Part shown: positions 57,137 through 64,000 of the stretch, in pieces
How positions within the stretch are numbered: the first letter of the stretch is position 1
Layout of the letters: each line of letters starts with the position of its first letter
Assembly (NCBI RefSeq): GCF_002854065.1
Contig: NZ_CP024147.1
Reading direction: 5' to 3' (one strand)
DNA: 64,000 nucleotides
Source: Escherichia coli
Lineage (GTDB): Bacteria > Pseudomonadota > Gammaproteobacteria > Enterobacterales > Enterobacteriaceae
Notes under the pieces: model-generated
What the model was told of the DNA's origin: nothing
The model's input: the letters and a program-made list of their open reading frames with translations, nothing else
Database searches by the model: none
Position numbers and translations under genes: made by a program

Positions 57137-58244
57137 CCGTTATGATATCCGCCGCTTTCTCTGGCAGACTGTATAAATCTTGTGTATCAGCATAATGTCG
57201 CGCATTTTCCGCCCAGGCCTGGCGCAATGAAGATTGCGTTAACGCTTTGCGTAAAATCTCATTCAATGTTTCCTGGCGGAATGGCTCAACAATAGCCTCG
57301 CCGCAATTGGCCTCGACAATATAATGCGCATAGCCACAAACGGCTGTTGTTAGTACCGGTAATCCTGCAGTAATCGCTTCCAGCAGCACAATTCCCGCCG
57401 CTTCCTGGTAGGCAGGATGCAGTAATAAATCCGCCGCCGCCATTAATTCCGAGACATCGTTGCGCCCCGAGAAGAAGTGAACATTACTGCGCACGCCGCG
57501 TTTTTCTGCCAGCGCCTCAAATTTTCGCGGTTTATCCTGCCCAACAACATATAGCAATGTGTTGTGGCGCAGCGAATCCGGTAACGAAGCAAGTGCTTCA
57601 ATGGAACGATCGACACCTTTACGCGTGAAGTCTGAACCGACCTGCAACAATAAATATTGTTGTTCGGTTATTCCATTCTTCTTACGGAAGATTTCACGGC
57701 TATTAGCTGGCTGCTGGCTATATTTACGATCAGGATAAATCCCCGGTGGCAGAATATGAAAACGCTCCGCTTCAGTCTGATAATGTTTCTGGAAATCGGC
57801 GATTTGCTTATCTGTCAGCATCAGCAGCTGTGTCGGCTTGCCCTGTTCGAAGGTTGCCCGCTCAAAGGCGGCATAATGGCGATAACGTGACGTCAGGCGA
57901 TAGAAAAAGCCTTTTTCCTGCGCTACTTTCTCGGCATAACAAACATCAGCGGCATAATAAACGTCCAGCCCCGGCATTTTATTGAATCCAACGACTTTAT
58001 CGACGGGATGTTCGCGTAAATGTTTTTGCACCCAGGCAAAATACTCCGCATTGCGCCCGTGATTGGTATGCGATTTAACCGGCACTTTGATCAGTTCAAA
58101 TACATCAGGGCATTCGCCTTCCCACGACTGGGTATAAACCCGAACATGATGACCTCGGGCGGCGACTGTCTGAGCAATACGCATAAAATCGCGCTGCAAA
58201 CCGCCAAAGGGAAAATATTTATATAAACAAAAAGCAACGATCAT
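57120..58244 (-). CDS. waaG: LPS glucosyltransferase I
   Basis: 374-aa ORF, GT1 family; 17-bp overlap with waaP start. Confidence 0.95.
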   Translation of the reverse strand: MIVAFCLYKYFPFGGLQRDFMRIAQTVAARGHHVRVYTQSWEGECPDVFELIKVPVKSHTNHGRNAEYFAWVQKHLREHPVDKVVGFNKMPGLDVYYAADVCYAEKVAQEKGFFYRLTSRYRHYAAFERATFEQGKPTQLLMLTDKQIADFQKHYQTEAERFHILPPGIYPDRKYSQQPANSREIFRKKNGITEQQYLLLQVGSDFTRKGVDRSIEALASLPDSLRHNTLLYVVGQDKPRKFEALAEKRGVRSNVHFFSGRNDVSELMAAADLLLHPAYQEAAGIVLLEAITAGLPVLTTAVCGYAHYIVEANCGEAIVEPFRQETLNEILRKALTQSSLRQAWAENARHYADTQDLYSLPEKAADIITGGLDG

Positions 58245-59299
58245 AACGACGTACCTGTCGTGGAGGAGGGCAGTAATTTATCGACAGCAGCAATGATATC
58301 TGCCGCCGGAATAACCGAAAGATACATCTCATTTCGGTCACGCTGATCGCGCGTTGGCATTTCCCGGTAATCTCCCGCCCAGAATTGAATCATGTTATTT
58401 GACCAGGGACGCCAGAAAATATGGTCTGTCGCACCAAACAGCGATATCAGCGGCGTATTAACTGCAGCGGCAATATGCGCCGGTGCGGAATCAACGCCAA
58501 TAAACAGCTGCGCATGATCGATTAACGCACCAAGTTCCGGGAAGGTCACCTTTCCAGCCAGCGCCGTTACTGGTGGCGTCTGGCATCCCTGCGCAATTTC
58601 ATTGACGCAGGCCAGATCGTCTTTATCTGGGCCGGACGTCAGAACGACTTCATAACCACGAGCATGTAAGGCATCAATCACAGCGGAAAACTTGGCGTTG
58701 TCCCAGCATTTGAAGATTTGCCGCGCCGTAGGTTGGATAACCACATAATTTTGTCCAACACCAGCGTGATCAAGTTCGCGACGCATACGTTTCCAGCTTG
58801 CAGGCGGGTAACTCATGGTTGTCTGCTTCACCAACGAATCAAGTCCCAATGGTGTCAGCACGGATAAGTTACTTTCCACCACATTTCCACCCTGCAACGG
58901 CACCAAATGGGTGAAACTTTTACGCCAAAAAGCAGACTGCCGATGATGATAATCCTGGGAAATTTTCACACGGGCATTTAATAAGCGAACCAGTATAGCA
59001 ACCATCCATTGATCGGTAAGATTGACGATAAGGTCATACTTATTGGCACGTAATACCTTGATGAGATGAAAAAAGTTGGCAATTTTTTCTGAGGCTTTTG
59101 CTTTTTTATTTTTTATGCCGTAGAGCGCGTTAATCTCTGGATTTTCAGACAGGATCGGGATGGTGTCCTGATAAAGCAGCACATCGATTTTTGCGTCAGG
59201 GTAATTTTTTTTCAGCGAACTAATGACGGGAGTAGTTAATAACATATCCCCATGAAAACGCATCTTAATGAGCAAAATTCTTCGAAATGGCTTATCCAC
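58241..59299 (-). CDS. waaQ: LPS heptosyltransferase III
   Basis: 352-aa ORF, GT9 family; first gene of the operon; 4-bp overlap with waaG. Confidence 0.9.
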   Translation of the reverse strand: MDKPFRRILLIKMRFHGDMLLTTPVISSLKKNYPDAKIDVLLYQDTIPILSENPEINALYGIKNKKAKASEKIANFFHLIKVLRANKYDLIVNLTDQWMVAILVRLLNARVKISQDYHHRQSAFWRKSFTHLVPLQGGNVVESNLSVLTPLGLDSLVKQTTMSYPPASWKRMRRELDHAGVGQNYVVIQPTARQIFKCWDNAKFSAVIDALHARGYEVVLTSGPDKDDLACVNEIAQGCQTPPVTALAGKVTFPELGALIDHAQLFIGVDSAPAHIAAAVNTPLISLFGATDHIFWRPWSNNMIQFWAGDYREMPTRDQRDRNEMYLSVIPAADIIAAVDKLLPSSTTGTSL

Positions 59300-59348
59300 A
59301 AGTAACTCTTTTTGTTGAGATTATCCGATTAAGGTGAAGCAGAAAAAG

Positions 59349-59360
59349 CACGCTACCGCC
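59349..59360 (-). promoter_or_regulatory. ops element (RfaH recruitment site) in the waaQ operon leader
   Basis: Plus strand CACGCTACCGCC is the reverse complement of GGCGGTAGCGTG, 50 nt upstream of the waaQ start. Confidence 0.75.
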
Positions 59361-59711
59361 CCAGGCTCAACAGCTACCTGAATACTGATACCGCACTGAT
59401 ATTGACGCGCTAGTGTATCACTTCTTTCGCGGCAATCCGACCCGAATGATTTTTAAGCACACTGTTGATTTTCAATAAAGAAATCAATCAAATATAATCA
59501 TTAGCAACCATATTCTTTCACTGTTGCTCTGCGATTTCTTCCTGCACGTACAGCAGAAATCAATGAATCGCATAAAAATACAAAAAAAGTATAGATGTTC
59601 AGCAAGAATTGGCGGGTAAATTGCTATTTAAGTCAAAAACGGGAAAAGTAATGGTAAAGCCACAGCTAAATACATAGAATCCCCAGCACATCCATAAGTC
59701 AGCTATTTACT

Positions 59712-61476
<1,765 letters not shown>

Positions 61477-61514
61477 CGTTTATGCCGGATGGTATGCCAT
61501 CCGGCGCGCATGAA

Positions 61515-62324
61515 TTACTTCTGGCACTGCCGACAATAAAACGTTGCCCGCTGCGCATGTTTAGTCGCCACAATCGGCGTACCGCACACCCGACAGGGCT
61601 CGCCTTTTCGCCCGTAAACCTGCAATTCCTGCGCGAAATAGCCCGGTTTACCATCACTTTGCAGAAAATCTTTCAGCGTTGTACCGCCCTGCTCAATCGA
61701 ACGCAGCAACACCGCTTTAATCACCCGAGCCAGCAATTCGCACTCCGCCAGCGACAGTGATGACGCCAGCCGATTCGGATGGATCCCCGCCGCAAACAGA
61801 GATTCGCTGGCATAGATATTCCCTACGCCTACCACCAGCTTGTTATCCATCAGCCACGGTTTAATCGCCGTTTTTTTCTTCGCGCACTTCTGATGCAGAT
61901 ACTCACCATTGAAATCGACGCTAAGCGGCTCCGGCCCAAGATGAGCCAGCACGTTGTGCCCTTCCAGCTCTTTGGTCCACAGCCAGGCACCAAAGCGGCG
62001 CGGATCGGTGTAGCGCAGCACTTTACCGTTGCTCATCACCAAATCCACATGGTCATGCTTTTCAGGGGGAAGTTCTTCTGGAAGGATACGCAGGCTGCCA
62101 GACATCCCCAAATGAATGATAATCCAGCCCTCAGGCAGCTCCAGCAGCAGATATTTAGCCCGCCGCTGCACGCTAAGCACTGGTTGATCGCTTAATCGGT
62201 AGATCTCTTCTGAAACCGGCCAGCGCAAGCGTCCGTTGCGCACCACCGCATGAAGAATGGTTGCACCAACGAGATGCGGTTCTATGCCGCGGCGGCTGGT
62301 TTCAACTTCGGGTAATTCAGGCAT
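61515..62324 (-). CDS. mutM: formamidopyrimidine-DNA glycosylase
   Basis: Start set at ATG 62324 ([18 protein letters not shown]...), giving 269 aa; C-terminal zinc finger (CRVCGTPI...CRQC). Confidence 0.95.
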   Translation of the reverse strand: MPELPEVETSRRGIEPHLVGATILHAVVRNGRLRWPVSEEIYRLSDQPVLSVQRRAKYLLLELPEGWIIIHLGMSGSLRILPEELPPEKHDHVDLVMSNGKVLRYTDPRRFGAWLWTKELEGHNVLAHLGPEPLSVDFNGEYLHQKCAKKKTAIKPWLMDNKLVVGVGNIYASESLFAAGIHPNRLASSLSLAECELLARVIKAVLLRSIEQGGTTLKDFLQSDGKPGYFAQELQVYGRKGEPCRVCGTPIVATKHAQRATFYCRQCQK

Positions 62325-62421
62325 AGCATCTCCAGGAATGAACAGATGCAATCAATATGGGGGCAAGCAGATAACAAAAAACCCCGCCGGAGCGAGGTTT
62401 TTCGTTACATCAAAGCGAGAA

Positions 62422-62592
<171 letters not shown>

Positions 62593-62609
62593 TTATTTCC
62601 TCTAAGTAC

Positions 62610-62867
<258 letters not shown>

Positions 62868-63062
62868 TTAGCTCGAGCTTCGTATGGGGTATTGGCGCCT
62901 CGTCAGGCTTTACAGCCCGGTCATCGCAGTTCTATGTGAACTCTCGATTGCCAGGCCCAAATGCCAAACCCGAGATTCTCAAAGGTGGCGTAGTATACGC
63001 TGACTCAGCGATGTGCTCAAGTCCCGAACAGACAAAGATCCCGAAGGATCGCGCATAGCGGG

Positions 63063-63737
63063 TTAAATCCAGCCGCGTTCGGCAAAAGAAACATACTCTC
63101 CACGCCCAATCACGATATGGTCGAGCACGCGTAAATCCATGAACTGACAACTCTTTATTATCCGTTCAGTAATGAGTTTATCCGCTTTACTGGGTTCAGC
63201 ACAACCCGAAGGGTGATTATGTGCAAGGATCAGCGCCGAGGCGTTTATTTTTATCGCTTCGCGGATAATTTCCCGAGGATGGACTTCAACATGGTTTAGC
63301 GTGCCGGAAAAAAGACGGCTATGCGTTATAACCCGGTGTTGTGAGTCGAGAAAGATCACCATAAAGATCTCCCGCTCCTCACCCGTGAGCTGGCTTTGTA
63401 AAAATTCCCGCGTCATCTCCGGGCTGAGTAAAGGGCTTTCTTCACGCATCCGCACGTTGTAGTAACGCCGCGCCAGTTCAGCAATCCCCTTTAACTGGGC
63501 AAATTTCGCCACGCCAATTCCATGAACACCACTAAATTGTTCATATTCAGAGGTTAACAAGCCATAAAGAGAGCCGAAATTCTCCAGCATCTCTTTTGCC
63601 AGGGTTAATACATCTTTACCGCGCGTTCCGGTACGCAGAAATAGCGCCAGCAGCTCGACATCCGTTAAGGCGCTAATACCAAACTTCAGCATTTTTTCGC
63701 GCGGCATCAACAGCTGTGCATTGTTTTTCACCTTCAC
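63063..63737 (-). CDS. yicR: RadC-like JAB-domain protein (UPF0758)
   Basis: 224-aa ORF; JAMM-like motif (…HNHPSG…); start could be a few codons downstream. Confidence 0.85.
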
Positions 63738-63902
63738 CTCCTTTGTGGTGCTCGCATCCTGTCATAGCCGTTCCGTTAAATCGACGGCCAGTTTTCAATC
63801 CTGGAAAGCGCCTCGCAAAGTGATTCTCAGGTGAAGGCACGACAACAAAAGTATTGTGATAAAATCGCCAACTTCTGGTGTCACCCAACAGGAAAAATCA
63901 TC

Positions 63903-64000
63903 ATGAGCCTGGCCGGTAAAAAAATCGTTCTCGGCGTTAGCGGCGGTATTGCTGCCTATAAAACCCCTGAACTGGTGCGTCGTTTGCGCGATCGCGGGGC
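63903..64000 (+). CDS. coaBC: bifunctional phosphopantothenoylcysteine decarboxylase/synthetase, 5' end only (runs off window end)
   Basis: ATG at 63903; [32 protein letters not shown] flavoprotein N-terminus. Confidence 0.85.
   Translation, partial: MSLAGKKIVLGVSGGIAAYKTPELVRRLRDRG

Overview
This window reads as a contiguous stretch of Escherichia coli chromosome, running from the 3' end of avtA through the mannitol (mtlADR), L-lactate (lldPRD), cysE-gpsA-secB-grxC, gpmM-envC, tdh-kbl and LPS core (hldD-waaFCL / waaQ operon / waaA-coaD) loci to mutM-rpmGB-radC and the start of coaBC. All gene identifications rest on reading the supplied ORF translations and DNA by eye plus recalled knowledge; no database search was run. 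Most of the window is conserved housekeeping backbone. Against that backbone I see five accessory or rearranged spots: (1) an AraC-regulator / GPH-transporter / GH127-glycosidase module that sits where K-12 carries the yiaJ-sgbE operon, with a 3' fragment of an IclR-family gene left at the junction; (2) two non-identical IS1 copies in tandem, one of which truncates yiaY; (3) no Rhs element between yibF and yibH; (4) an AT-rich two-gene operon encoding a SadB-like inner-membrane lipoprotein and a 1737-aa trimeric autotransporter adhesin with near-identical tandem repeats; (5) an R3-type LPS outer-core gene set. I did not find a convincing wholly undescribed system; the most interesting items are the IS1 rearrangement, the replacement module with its remnant, and the repeat-bearing adhesin operon. 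No rRNA, tRNA or CRISPR array was recognised.
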